A stretch of DNA of 64,000 bases from Spirochaetia bacterium (lineage in GTDB: Bacteria; Spirochaetota; Spirochaetia; SZUA-6; Bin103): the NCBI GenBank assembly GCA_965203515.1, contig OZ241907.1:2464001-2528000 (forward strand), read 5' to 3'. The notes below the pieces were generated by a model that was not told the DNA's origin, did not search any database, and worked only from the letters and a program-made list of their open reading frames with translations. Both the position numbers and the translations under genes were made by a program. Below are positions 1 through 8,841 of the stretch, one piece after another (within the stretch, counting starts at the first letter, position 1; the number at the start of each line of letters is the position of its first letter).

Positions 1-1
1 C

Positions 2-814
2 GGGCCGTCCGTCCGCGAAGGATCGGTGGCGGACGAGCGCCTGCTTGGCGAACGCCGTCGGGCCTCCGATCTGCCGTTCGACATGCGGCCGGCCGGCGGT
101 GCGACCGTCGACGACCTCGACCTGGACTTCGTGCGCAACCAATACCTGCCGAACGCCATCGCCGGTGACGTTCTGGAACGGAACGAGCGATCGGTCGAAC
201 ATCAACTTCGATCTCTGCGTCTGACGGATGCAGGCGCGCCTACGTGGGGAGCGATCCTCGCGCTGGGCAGAGACCCTCAAGCATTGGTACCGGGTGCGCA
301 CATTCAGTTCCTGCGAGTCCTCGGAACGGAGATCACGGACCCGATAGGAGCCCAGAAGCAACTCACCGGCCGGCTCGATGACGTGGTGCGCCGGCTCGGC
401 GAGCTGCTGGATCTGTGCGTGTCGGTCCGCACTCAGGTCGCCGGGTCGATGCGGGAGAGGCGGCGGCCCGACTATCCCGTGGACGCCTTGCGGCAACTGG
501 CCCACAACGCGGTCATGCATCGCAGCTACGAGGGGACCAACACGCCGGTGCGCGTCTACTGGTATGCCGACCGCGTCGAGATTACCAGCCCGGGCGGTCT
601 GTACGGGAGGATCACGCCGGAGACCTTCGGCACCGGCGATACCGATTATCGCAATCCGTTGTTGGCCGAGGTCATGCACCACCTGGGATTCGCGCAGCGC
701 TTCGGACTGGGCGTGCCGCTCGCGCGCAAAGCGCTGGCGTCAAACGGCAATCCGCAGCCCGATTTTCGGTTCGAGCCGACGCTCGTCGGCGTCACCGTAC
801 GGGCTGCGCCGTGA
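2..814 (+). CDS. HATPase_c_4 ('RecG C-terminal-like') ATP-binding protein, 5'-partial; an AlbA_2 domain probably lies upstream of the window
   Basis: Frame is open from the left edge. Motifs YPVDALRQLAHNAVMHRSY, VEITSPGGL, YRNPLLAEVM and AQRFGLGV are typical of this family. Stop overlaps the next start (GTGA at 811-814). Confidence 0.8.
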   Translation, partial: GPSVREGSVADERLLGERRRASDLPFDMRPAGGATVDDLDLDFVRNQYLPNAIAGDVLERNERSVEHQLRSLRLTDAGAPTWGAILALGRDPQALVPGAHIQFLRVLGTEITDPIGAQKQLTGRLDDVVRRLGELLDLCVSVRTQVAGSMRERRRPDYPVDALRQLAHNAVMHRSYEGTNTPVRVYWYADRVEITSPGGLYGRITPETFGTGDTDYRNPLLAEVMHHLGFAQRFGLGVPLARKALASNGNPQPDFRFEPTLVGVTVRAAP

Positions 815-1803
815 AGAGCATCGCCGTATTCAACAACAAGGGCGGGGTTGGCAAGACCTCGCTCGTCTATCATCTCGCCTGGATGTACGCCGACCTGGAC
901 TACAATGTCGTCGTGGCCGATCTCGACCCGCAGGCGAACCTTACCAGCATGTTTCTGGAAGACGAAGCGCTGGAACGACTGTGGGCCGATGGAACCGATG
1001 GAACGATCCATGCTGCCTTGCGGCCGCTGCTGGAAGGAACCGGCGACGTACGGAAGCCGCGGGTCGCACGACCGGCGCTCGGCATCGAACTGATCGCCGG
1101 CGACATGCTGTTGTCCGGCGCCGAAGACGAACTGGGAAGCAATTGGCCGGATTGCCTCGACGGCAAACCGCGAGCGTTTCGCGTGCTTTCGGCTATCTGG
1201 CGGGTACTGCGCATGGTTGCGGAGGAGGGTAGCGCAGACCTGATTCTGGTGGATGTCGGTCCCAATATCGGCGCGCTCAATCGCGCGGCGTTGGTGGCCG
1301 CGGACTATGTCGTCGTACCGCTTGCCCCGGACCTCTACTCTCTCCAAGGTCTCCGTAATCTCGGTCCGACGCTGCGCCGGTGGCGGCGGGAGTGGTCCGA
1401 GCGCCGGGCCCGCAATCCCTTGCAAGATCTCGAGCTTCCCGGCGGCGGCATGCAGCCGATCGGCTACGTGGTGCTCCAGCATGCGGTCCGGCTGAACCGC
1501 CCGGTCAAGGCATATGAACGCTGGATGGACCGTATTCCGGGCGCATACCGCGACTCCGTCGTCGGCGATACCGACACGCCCCGGCCGCAGATGGAAGACG
1601 ACCACCTGTGCCTCGCCACCCTGAGACACTTCCGGAGCCTCATGCCACTGGCGCAGGAGGCGCGCAAGCCCATGTTCGCCCTGAAGCCGGCAGACGGCGC
1701 CATCGGCGGCCATGCCAACGCCGTGCGCGGTTGCTACCGGGACTTTCGGGCGCTCGCGCGTACCGTGGCGCGCCGATGTGAGGTCACCGCCGCCGGCGCG
1801 TAG
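811..1803 (+). CDS. ParA/Soj-family (AAA_31) ATPase, orphan
   Basis: GTG start at 811; deviant Walker A FNNKGGVGKT, DLDPQANLT, LVDVGPN. No parB next to it. Confidence 0.85.
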   Translation: MKSIAVFNNKGGVGKTSLVYHLAWMYADLDYNVVVADLDPQANLTSMFLEDEALERLWADGTDGTIHAALRPLLEGTGDVRKPRVARPALGIELIAGDMLLSGAEDELGSNWPDCLDGKPRAFRVLSAIWRVLRMVAEEGSADLILVDVGPNIGALNRAALVAADYVVVPLAPDLYSLQGLRNLGPTLRRWRREWSERRARNPLQDLELPGGGMQPIGYVVLQHAVRLNRPVKAYERWMDRIPGAYRDSVVGDTDTPRPQMEDDHLCLATLRHFRSLMPLAQEARKPMFALKPADGAIGGHANAVRGCYRDFRALARTVARRCEVTAAGA

Positions 1804-1833
1804 TAGACTTCGAGAATCGCTGAGGAGCACCGA

Positions 1834-3924
1834 ATGGCAGACGACCGCCTCGACCTGTACGTATCCCCGGCCGGCAACGATGCCTGGAGCGGCCGCCATC
1901 CCGATCCGACCGGCGACGGGCGCGACGGTCCGTTCGCTACCCTGGAGGCGGCGCGCGACGCACTGCGGAAGCGGCGCCGATCCGGTGCGACGGTCGCCGG
2001 AGGTGCGACGGTCGCCGGCGCGACGGTGTGGCTGCGCGGCTGGAGCTACCACCGCGAAACCGCCTTCGATCTCGGCCCCGAGGACGGCGGCACCGAGGAT
2101 GCGCCGGTCGTCTACCGCGCCTTTCCGGGCGAGGACGTCCGGCTGATCGGCGGCCGCGCCGCGGCGGGATTCCGGCCGATCACCGCAACCGGCCGCACGG
2201 CAGAGGCGTGGCAGCGGCTGTCGCCGGCGGCGCGCGGCAGCGTGCTGGTGACCGACCTCCGCGCGCAGGGCATCGACGACTACGGCACCCTCGATCCGGT
2301 CGGCTTCGGCCGGGGACGCCGGCCGGCCGCGCTGGAAGTGTTCTACCGTGACCGGCGGATGACCCTGGCGCGCTGGCCCGACCATTCGTTCGTGACCATC
2401 GCCCGCGTCGACGCGCCGGGACGCGGCGGCACCGACGACGTGCCGTGGGACGCCAGCAGCGACGAACCCAATCGCAGCTTCGAGTACTTCGGCGACCGGC
2501 CGCGCGGCTGGCGCCGTCCGGCCGAGGCGATGGTGCACGGCTACTGGACCTATGACTGGGCCGACTCCTATCAGCGCGTCGAGTCGATCGACCTCGACGC
2601 GCGGCTGGTCACCACCGATCGGCCCGGCGCCTACGGATACACCACCGGGCAGCGCTACTACTTCCTGAACGTGCTGGAGGAGCTCGACTCCCCCGGCGAG
2701 TGGTACCTGGACCGGCGGGCCGGGCTGCTCTACTTCCGGCCGCCGGGCGATCCGCCGGCGGACCAGGTGGTCGTCACGGTGTCGCTCCTGTCGGAGCCGG
2801 TGGTCGCCCTGCGCGGCGCATCGCACGTGCATCTGCACGGCCTGACCGTCGAGTGTTGCCGCGGCGACGGCATCGGCATCACCGGCGGCCGGGACGCCCG
2901 GGTCCGCTGCTGCGAGGTCCGCAACACCGGTGAGTACGGCATCCGGGTCGATGGGGGCGCCGGCCACCGCATCGAGCGGAGCCGGGTCCGCGACACCGGC
3001 GCCGGCGGCGTGCAACTGGCCGGCGGCGACCGGCGTACGCTGCAGCCGGCCGGCCACGTGGTCGAGCACTGCGACATCCACCGCTTCAGCCGCCTGCTGC
3101 TCACCTACACGCCGGGCGTCGACCTGCACGGCGTGGGCCACCGCGTCGCGCACAACCACCTGCACGACGCGCCCCATACCGCGGTGCTGCTGCACGGCAA
3201 TGACCACGTGATCGAGCTCAACGAGATCGACCGCGTGTGCACGCAGACCGGCGACGCCGGCGCCTTCTACATGGGACGCGACTGGACCGAGCGGGGCAAC
3301 GCGGTGCGGCACAACTTCTTTCACGACCTGGGCATCTTTGGCTACGGCCACCACGGTGTGCGGGCGGTCTATCTCGACGACTGCGCCAGCGGGACCACGA
3401 TATTCGGCAACGTCTTCCTGCGCTGCACGCGCGCCGTGCTGATCGGCGGCGGCCGCGACAACCGCGTGGAGAACAATCTGTTCGTGCACTGCGAACCGGC
3501 CGTGCAGCTCGACGCCCGCGGCCGGTGCCTGACCGAGCAGTGGCGGAACATGGTCTACGGCACCATGCGCCCGCGGCTCGACGAGATGCGCCACCGCGAG
3601 CCGCCCTACGCCGACCGGTATCCGCAGCTGGCCGACCTCGACACCGTCTACCGGGCCGGCGGTGGCTTCGAGCCGACCGGCAACGTCATCGTCAACAATC
3701 TGTGCTACGGCGGCCGATGGCTGCTGACCCTGCGCGACGTCGATCCGCGCCTGCTGCCGGACGACGGCAATCTGATCGGCGTCGATCCCGGCTTCGCGGA
3801 CGAGCCCAACGACGACCTGCGGCTGCCGACCGGCTCCCCCGCCTACGAAGCCGGCATGCAGTCGATCCCGTTCGACCGGATCGGCCCCACCGGCCCGATC
3901 GGCCCGGCGCACGCCGCCGTATAG
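1834..3924 (+). CDS. Right-handed parallel beta-helix protein (GH141/pectate lyase-like)
   Basis: N-terminal YVSPAGNDAWSG...DGPFATLEAARDA, LARWP, ELDSPGEWYLD, repeated beta-helix turns, DAGAFY and VYLDD. Confidence 0.75.
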   Translation: MADDRLDLYVSPAGNDAWSGRHPDPTGDGRDGPFATLEAARDALRKRRRSGATVAGGATVAGATVWLRGWSYHRETAFDLGPEDGGTEDAPVVYRAFPGEDVRLIGGRAAAGFRPITATGRTAEAWQRLSPAARGSVLVTDLRAQGIDDYGTLDPVGFGRGRRPAALEVFYRDRRMTLARWPDHSFVTIARVDAPGRGGTDDVPWDASSDEPNRSFEYFGDRPRGWRRPAEAMVHGYWTYDWADSYQRVESIDLDARLVTTDRPGAYGYTTGQRYYFLNVLEELDSPGEWYLDRRAGLLYFRPPGDPPADQVVVTVSLLSEPVVALRGASHVHLHGLTVECCRGDGIGITGGRDARVRCCEVRNTGEYGIRVDGGAGHRIERSRVRDTGAGGVQLAGGDRRTLQPAGHVVEHCDIHRFSRLLLTYTPGVDLHGVGHRVAHNHLHDAPHTAVLLHGNDHVIELNEIDRVCTQTGDAGAFYMGRDWTERGNAVRHNFFHDLGIFGYGHHGVRAVYLDDCASGTTIFGNVFLRCTRAVLIGGGRDNRVENNLFVHCEPAVQLDARGRCLTEQWRNMVYGTMRPRLDEMRHREPPYADRYPQLADLDTVYRAGGGFEPTGNVIVNNLCYGGRWLLTLRDVDPRLLPDDGNLIGVDPGFADEPNDDLRLPTGSPAYEAGMQSIPFDRIGPTGPIGPAHAAV

Positions 3925-3968
3925 AGACACCGACACCAAAAGGAACAAGGGAACAAGGGAGCTCCGTC

Positions 3969-5138
3969 ATGATGGACGCCGAAGCCAAAGACCCGGAAGG
4001 TCTGGACGCCGAAGGCGAGTCATGGGGCGACTATCCTCTCGATGAATTGTTGATCAGGCATGAACATAGAACGATCTATGAAGTCATCAAGAGGATCGAC
4101 AGCGGCAGCTACATAATGGAACCCGACTTCCAGAGGGACTTCGTCTGGCCGGAAGACAAGCAGAGCAAGCTGATCGAATCGGTGACCATGCGCATCCCGT
4201 TGCCGGTATTCTACCTGGCCGAAGACGAGGAAGGCAGGATGATCGTGGTGGACGGTCTGCAACGCCTGTCCACGTTTCACCGCTTCGTGCACGACCGACT
4301 GCAGCTCCGTCTTCCGGATCGCTCCGAACTCGACCGTCAGCGGTTCTCCGACTTGCCGCCCAAGCTCAAGAACCGGATCGAAGACTGCAACCTGATCTGC
4401 TACACCATCGACTCCAAGGTACCGGAGCGAGCCCGTCTGGACATCTTCGAGCGTGTGAACAGCGGCGAACCGCTCACCCGACAACAGATGCGCAACAGCC
4501 TGTTCATGGGACCCGCTACCCGTCTCCTGAAAGAGGCGTCGGGCACCGAATCGTTCCTCGAAGCGACCGGGAAGACCCTGAATGCAAAGACGATGAGAGA
4601 TCGTGAGCTCGTCAATCGTTTCTGCGCCTTCAGACTTCTCGATCTCGATGAGTATCGCGGCGACATGGACGACTTCCTTGCCAGGTCGCTACGCATGATG
4701 AACAAGATGACACCGGACGATCTGTCCCGCTTGTCCGACGAGTTCCAGCGTAGCATGGAGAACAACTATCTGCTGTTCGAGACACACGCATTCAGCAGAA
4801 GCTTCCTTGGTTCGTACGAACGCCCGGGGAGAACCCGAAGAGTGCTCAACGCCTCCATCTGGGACGTCATGTCTACCGGGCTGTCGCGCTACAACCGGGA
4901 TCGCGTCACGAAATCCGCCGACGATCTTCGCAAGTCCTTCTGTCAGCTGCTGCAAGACGATGAGTTCGTCACGGCAATCACCTGCAGCACGAACGACTCC
5001 AAGAGGGTCCGAGGACGTTTCCATCGTGCCGAACAGATGTTTCATGAGGTCCTCGGTGCTCGCCCGGATCGCAGCGGCAGCTTCAACAGTTGTAAAGCGC
5101 TTGAAGTAGTAACGAAGCGGCCTGACGCATGGCGCTGA
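3969..5138 (+). CDS. DUF262 (GmrSD N-terminal / ParB-Srx-like) domain protein
   Basis: DUF262 signature motifs PDFQRDFVW, VVDGLQRL and IFERVNSG; ATG at 3969 after an AGGGA-rich RBS. Confidence 0.85.
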   Translation: MMDAEAKDPEGLDAEGESWGDYPLDELLIRHEHRTIYEVIKRIDSGSYIMEPDFQRDFVWPEDKQSKLIESVTMRIPLPVFYLAEDEEGRMIVVDGLQRLSTFHRFVHDRLQLRLPDRSELDRQRFSDLPPKLKNRIEDCNLICYTIDSKVPERARLDIFERVNSGEPLTRQQMRNSLFMGPATRLLKEASGTESFLEATGKTLNAKTMRDRELVNRFCAFRLLDLDEYRGDMDDFLARSLRMMNKMTPDDLSRLSDEFQRSMENNYLLFETHAFSRSFLGSYERPGRTRRVLNASIWDVMSTGLSRYNRDRVTKSADDLRKSFCQLLQDDEFVTAITCSTNDSKRVRGRFHRAEQMFHEVLGARPDRSGSFNSCKALEVVTKRPDAWR

Positions 5139-7630
5139 AGAAATCCCAACTCTACTCCTCGCTCTGGCAGAGCTGCGACGAGTTGCGCGGCGGCATGGAC
5201 GCATCGCAGTACAAGGACTACGTGCTGACGCTGTTGTTCATGAAGTACGTCTCGGACAAGTACGCCGACGATCCCCATGCGGTCATCAAAGTGCCGGACG
5301 GCGGCGGCTACGCCGACATGGTGCAGCTCCGGGGCGACAAGGAGATCGGCGACAAGATCAACAAGATCATCAGCCGGCTCGCCGAGGCCAACGACCTCAA
5401 GGGAGTGATCGACCAGGCGGACTTCAACGACGAGAGCAAACTCGGCGCCGGCAAGGAGATGCAGGACCGGCTCTCCAAGCTGATCGCCATCTTCGACGAG
5501 CTCGACTTCCGCGCCAACCGGACCGAGGGCGATGACCTGCTCGGCGACGCCTACGAGTACCTGATGCGGCACTTCGCTACCGAATCGGGGAAGGCAAAGG
5601 GTCAGTTCTACACTCCCGCGGAGGTCTCCCGCATCATGGCCAAGGTCGTCGGCATCGGCCAGGGCACCCGCCCCGAGCACACCATCTACGACCCGACCTG
5701 CGGTTCGGGCTCGCTGCTGCTCAAGGCAGCCGACGAGGCGCCGGACATTACCGTCTACGGCCAGGAGATGGACAACGCGACCTGGGCGCTGGCGCGGATG
5801 AACATGATCCTGCATGACCATCCAACCGCCGAGCTGTGGCGCGGCAACACGCTGGCGGATCCCTACTTCAAGAACCCGGACGGCAGCCTCAAGACCTTCG
5901 ACTTTGCCGTCGCCAATCCTCCGTTCTCAGCCAAGGCGTGGTCCAACGGGCTCGATCCCGCCCACGACCGGTACCGGCGCTTCGTCTACGGCATCCCGCC
6001 GGCCAAGAACGGGGACTACGCCTTCCTCCTGCATCTGATCGCGTCGCTCAAGAGCACCGGCAAAGGCGCGATCATCCTGCCCCACGGCGTACTGTTCCGG
6101 GGCAACCGGGAAGCGGACATTCGGCGCAACCTCATCCGGCGCGGATTCATCAAGGGCATCATCGGCCTGCCCGCCAATCTGTTCTACGGCACCGGCATCC
6201 CCGCCTGCATCCTGATCATCGACAAGGAGACCGCCGCCGCCCGCCGCGGCATCTTCATGGTCGACGCCAGCCGCGGCTTCCTCAAGGACGGCAACAAGAA
6301 TCGCCTGCGCGCGCAGGACATCCATCGCATCGTGGACGTATTCAACCGCCAGCTCGAGGTGCCGCGCTATTCGCGCATGGTGCCGATGGCCGAGATTGCC
6401 GGCCCCGCCAACGACTACAACCTGAACATCGCGCGCTACGTCGATGCCAGCGAGCCCGAGGACCTGCACGACCTCGACGCCCATCTGCGCGGCGGCATCC
6501 CCGATCGAGACATCGACGCGCTCAATGCCTACTGGTCGGTGTTCCCGGCGCTCCGCCAAACGCTGTTCCAGGCCAACGGGCGGCCCGGCTACAGCGATCC
6601 GCGCGTAGAACCGCACCGGATCAAAGACACAATCGCGGACTCTGCCGAGTTCACGTCGTACCGGCAGCGGGCTGGCATCATCTTCGACGCCTGGTACGAA
6701 AAGCACCGACGGCTGCTCCTGGGTATCGACGCCGAAACGCTTCCCGGAACGGTCATCCATACCCTGTCCGAGGACTTGCTGGCGCGCTTCGCCGACCTGC
6801 CCTTGCTCGACCGATACGACCTCTACCAGCGATTGATGGACTACTGGGACACGGTGATGCAGGACGACGTCTACCTCATCGCCGCGGCAGGATGGGTCGA
6901 AGCCGCCACACCGCGCGCCGTCGTCGATGACCGGGAACGGCGTATCAAGGAAACGGCGGATCTCGCCATCAAGCGCAAAAAGTACAAGATGGACGTGATA
7001 CCGCCCGCGCTGATCGTCGCCCGCTGGTTCACGTCCGAGCAGGCCAACATCGAGAACCTCCGCGGCACCCACGAAAGCGCCGCCTCCAAGCTGGAAGATT
7101 TCGTCGATGAGCACTCGACTTCAACCGGCGGCGAAGACGGCGTGCTCATGGGGATCGCCAATGGCCTGGGCAGGATCACGAAGGCGGCCGCGACCGGGCG
7201 GCTGAAGACCATCCGTCACGAACCGGAGGGCGATGAGGAACAAGACATCCTCATGCGCTGCCTGGAGCTGATCGACGCCGAATCCAGGGCCGGGAAGGCT
7301 GTCAGGGAAGCGCAAGCCGCGCTGGCCCGCGCGGTGCTCGATCGCTATGCCGCCCTCACCGCGGCCGAAATCAAGGCACTGGTAGTCGAGGACAAGTGGT
7401 GCGCCAGCATCAAGGCCGCTATCGCCGACGCACTCCAGCGGCTCACCCAGCTGCTCGCCGGCCGCGTACGCCAGCTGACCCAGCGCTACGCACGACCACT
7501 GTCGGAGATCGAGATAGAGGTAGAAGAGCTCACCACCAAGGCCGCCGCCCATATCACACGCATGGGGCTGTCATACCCACGCGCGTTCGATTCCAGATTC
7601 GAAGCAGTGTCCGCTGCACGTGGAGTATGA
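5129..7630 (+). CDS. hsdM: Type I restriction-modification methyltransferase subunit M
   Basis: LWQSCDELRGGMD, GQFYTP, motif I DPTCGSG, motif IV NPPF (N6-adenine), LPHGVLFRG. Confidence 0.95.
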   Translation: MALKKSQLYSSLWQSCDELRGGMDASQYKDYVLTLLFMKYVSDKYADDPHAVIKVPDGGGYADMVQLRGDKEIGDKINKIISRLAEANDLKGVIDQADFNDESKLGAGKEMQDRLSKLIAIFDELDFRANRTEGDDLLGDAYEYLMRHFATESGKAKGQFYTPAEVSRIMAKVVGIGQGTRPEHTIYDPTCGSGSLLLKAADEAPDITVYGQEMDNATWALARMNMILHDHPTAELWRGNTLADPYFKNPDGSLKTFDFAVANPPFSAKAWSNGLDPAHDRYRRFVYGIPPAKNGDYAFLLHLIASLKSTGKGAIILPHGVLFRGNREADIRRNLIRRGFIKGIIGLPANLFYGTGIPACILIIDKETAAARRGIFMVDASRGFLKDGNKNRLRAQDIHRIVDVFNRQLEVPRYSRMVPMAEIAGPANDYNLNIARYVDASEPEDLHDLDAHLRGGIPDRDIDALNAYWSVFPALRQTLFQANGRPGYSDPRVEPHRIKDTIADSAEFTSYRQRAGIIFDAWYEKHRRLLLGIDAETLPGTVIHTLSEDLLARFADLPLLDRYDLYQRLMDYWDTVMQDDVYLIAAAGWVEAATPRAVVDDRERRIKETADLAIKRKKYKMDVIPPALIVARWFTSEQANIENLRGTHESAASKLEDFVDEHSTSTGGEDGVLMGIANGLGRITKAAATGRLKTIRHEPEGDEEQDILMRCLELIDAESRAGKAVREAQAALARAVLDRYAALTAAEIKALVVEDKWCASIKAAIADALQRLTQLLAGRVRQLTQRYARPLSEIEIEVEELTTKAAAHITRMGLSYPRAFDSRFEAVSAARGV

Positions 7631-8841
7631 GCCCGATGCGCGGCTTCAGCGTCTCAAAATGGATGACGGTTTGTCTGGGCGACGTTGCGGCTATCACTAT
7701 GGGTCAATCGCCTCCTTCCAGTACCATTAACGACGAGGGAATCGGATTTCCCTTTATCCAGGGTAACGCAGAATTCGGAGTTCGAATCCCGCGGCCCATA
7801 AAGTTCTGCACCGATCCGCAAAAACAGGCCGTGACCGGAGATATACTCCTCAGCGTTCGGGCTCCGGTCGGTGCGATGAACTTGGCCAATGGACAGCTTT
7901 GCGTCGGTAGAGGTCTCTCAGCTATAACTGCGACCGGCGTCAATCCTGGATTCTTGTGGTATGTGCTTGCCCGGGAGGTCCCTAAACTTGGCAGCGTTTC
8001 ACAAGGAAGCACTTTTGCCGCCGTGAACAAGGCGGACCTGCACAGGTTGGAGTTGGATATCCCGCCGTATCACGAACAAAGAGTCATCGCCGAGGCTTTG
8101 TCGGATGTGGACGAGATGCTTGGAGCATTGGAGGCGTTGATTGCTAAGAAAAACGCGATCAGGCTAGCTTCCATGCAGCAACTCCTCACCGGCAAGACGC
8201 GCCTGCCAAGCTTCGACGGAGGATGGACACCGACGACGCTTGGAGATGCCGCAGAAATAGTAAACGGCGCAACGCCGAGCAGCAGGAATGCCGCTTACTG
8301 GAACGGTCATATTCCATGGTGTACGCCGACCGACATAACGCGTACGCCGGGGAAATATCTCACCCAAACCGAACGAAGCATTACCGCCGCGGGATTGGCG
8401 AGTTGCTCGGCTCGCCTGCTTCCTGTCGGTACCCTGCTTCTCTGCAGTCGGGCGACGATCGGGCATATCAAGATCGCCGCGGCTCCCGTCTGTACGAATC
8501 AGGGTTTCAAGTCGCTTATCTGCAACGATGGCGTATGCAACGATTTTCTATATTATCTCCTCATCACGATGCAGTCACACTTGATTGAACGATCCATAGG
8601 GTCCACGTTCCTGGAAATCGGCAAGCGCGAGGTGGCGTCTGTCGAGGTGCGGCTTCCTCCGCACGACGAACAACGTGCTATCGCTGCCGTCTTGTCTGAT
8701 TTGGACTCCGAGATCGCCGTGCTTGAGCAACGTCGAGACAAGACCCAAGCCATCAAGCAGGGGATGATGCAGCAGCTTCTCACCGGACGGGTTCGGCTGG
8801 TGAAGTCTGTTTCCGTGCCGGAAGATGAGAGCGTGTCGTGA
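7627..8841 (+). CDS. hsdS: Type I RM specificity subunit S
   Basis: Two TRDs, each followed by a conserved P..EQRxIA..LSD helix and MQQLLTG; ATGA overlap with hsdM; visibly lower GC than its neighbours. Confidence 0.93.
   Translation: MSPMRGFSVSKWMTVCLGDVAAITMGQSPPSSTINDEGIGFPFIQGNAEFGVRIPRPIKFCTDPQKQAVTGDILLSVRAPVGAMNLANGQLCVGRGLSAITATGVNPGFLWYVLAREVPKLGSVSQGSTFAAVNKADLHRLELDIPPYHEQRVIAEALSDVDEMLGALEALIAKKNAIRLASMQQLLTGKTRLPSFDGGWTPTTLGDAAEIVNGATPSSRNAAYWNGHIPWCTPTDITRTPGKYLTQTERSITAAGLASCSARLLPVGTLLLCSRATIGHIKIAAAPVCTNQGFKSLICNDGVCNDFLYYLLITMQSHLIERSIGSTFLEIGKREVASVEVRLPPHDEQRAIAAVLSDLDSEIAVLEQRRDKTQAIKQGMMQQLLTGRVRLVKSVSVPEDESVS

Noticed and set aside
811..1803. Plasmid or prophage partition system
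   Set aside because: No parB, rep or phage structural genes; the surrounding window is chromosomal.
646..3948. 1100-aa minus-strand ORF and other long antisense ORFs (e.g. 10148-11995, 18493-20505, 50183-52558, 56678-58612)
   Set aside because: Shadow ORFs of real genes in high-GC DNA; no recognisable motifs.
3237..3968. Long N-terminal extension of DUF262 in the ORF track
   Set aside because: Out-of-frame overlap with the beta-helix gene, Arg-rich and without motifs; the RBS supports ATG 3969.
7627..8841. Phase-variable hsdS shufflon
   Set aside because: Single hsdS; no silent TRDs, inverted repeats, recombinase or simple-sequence tract were seen.
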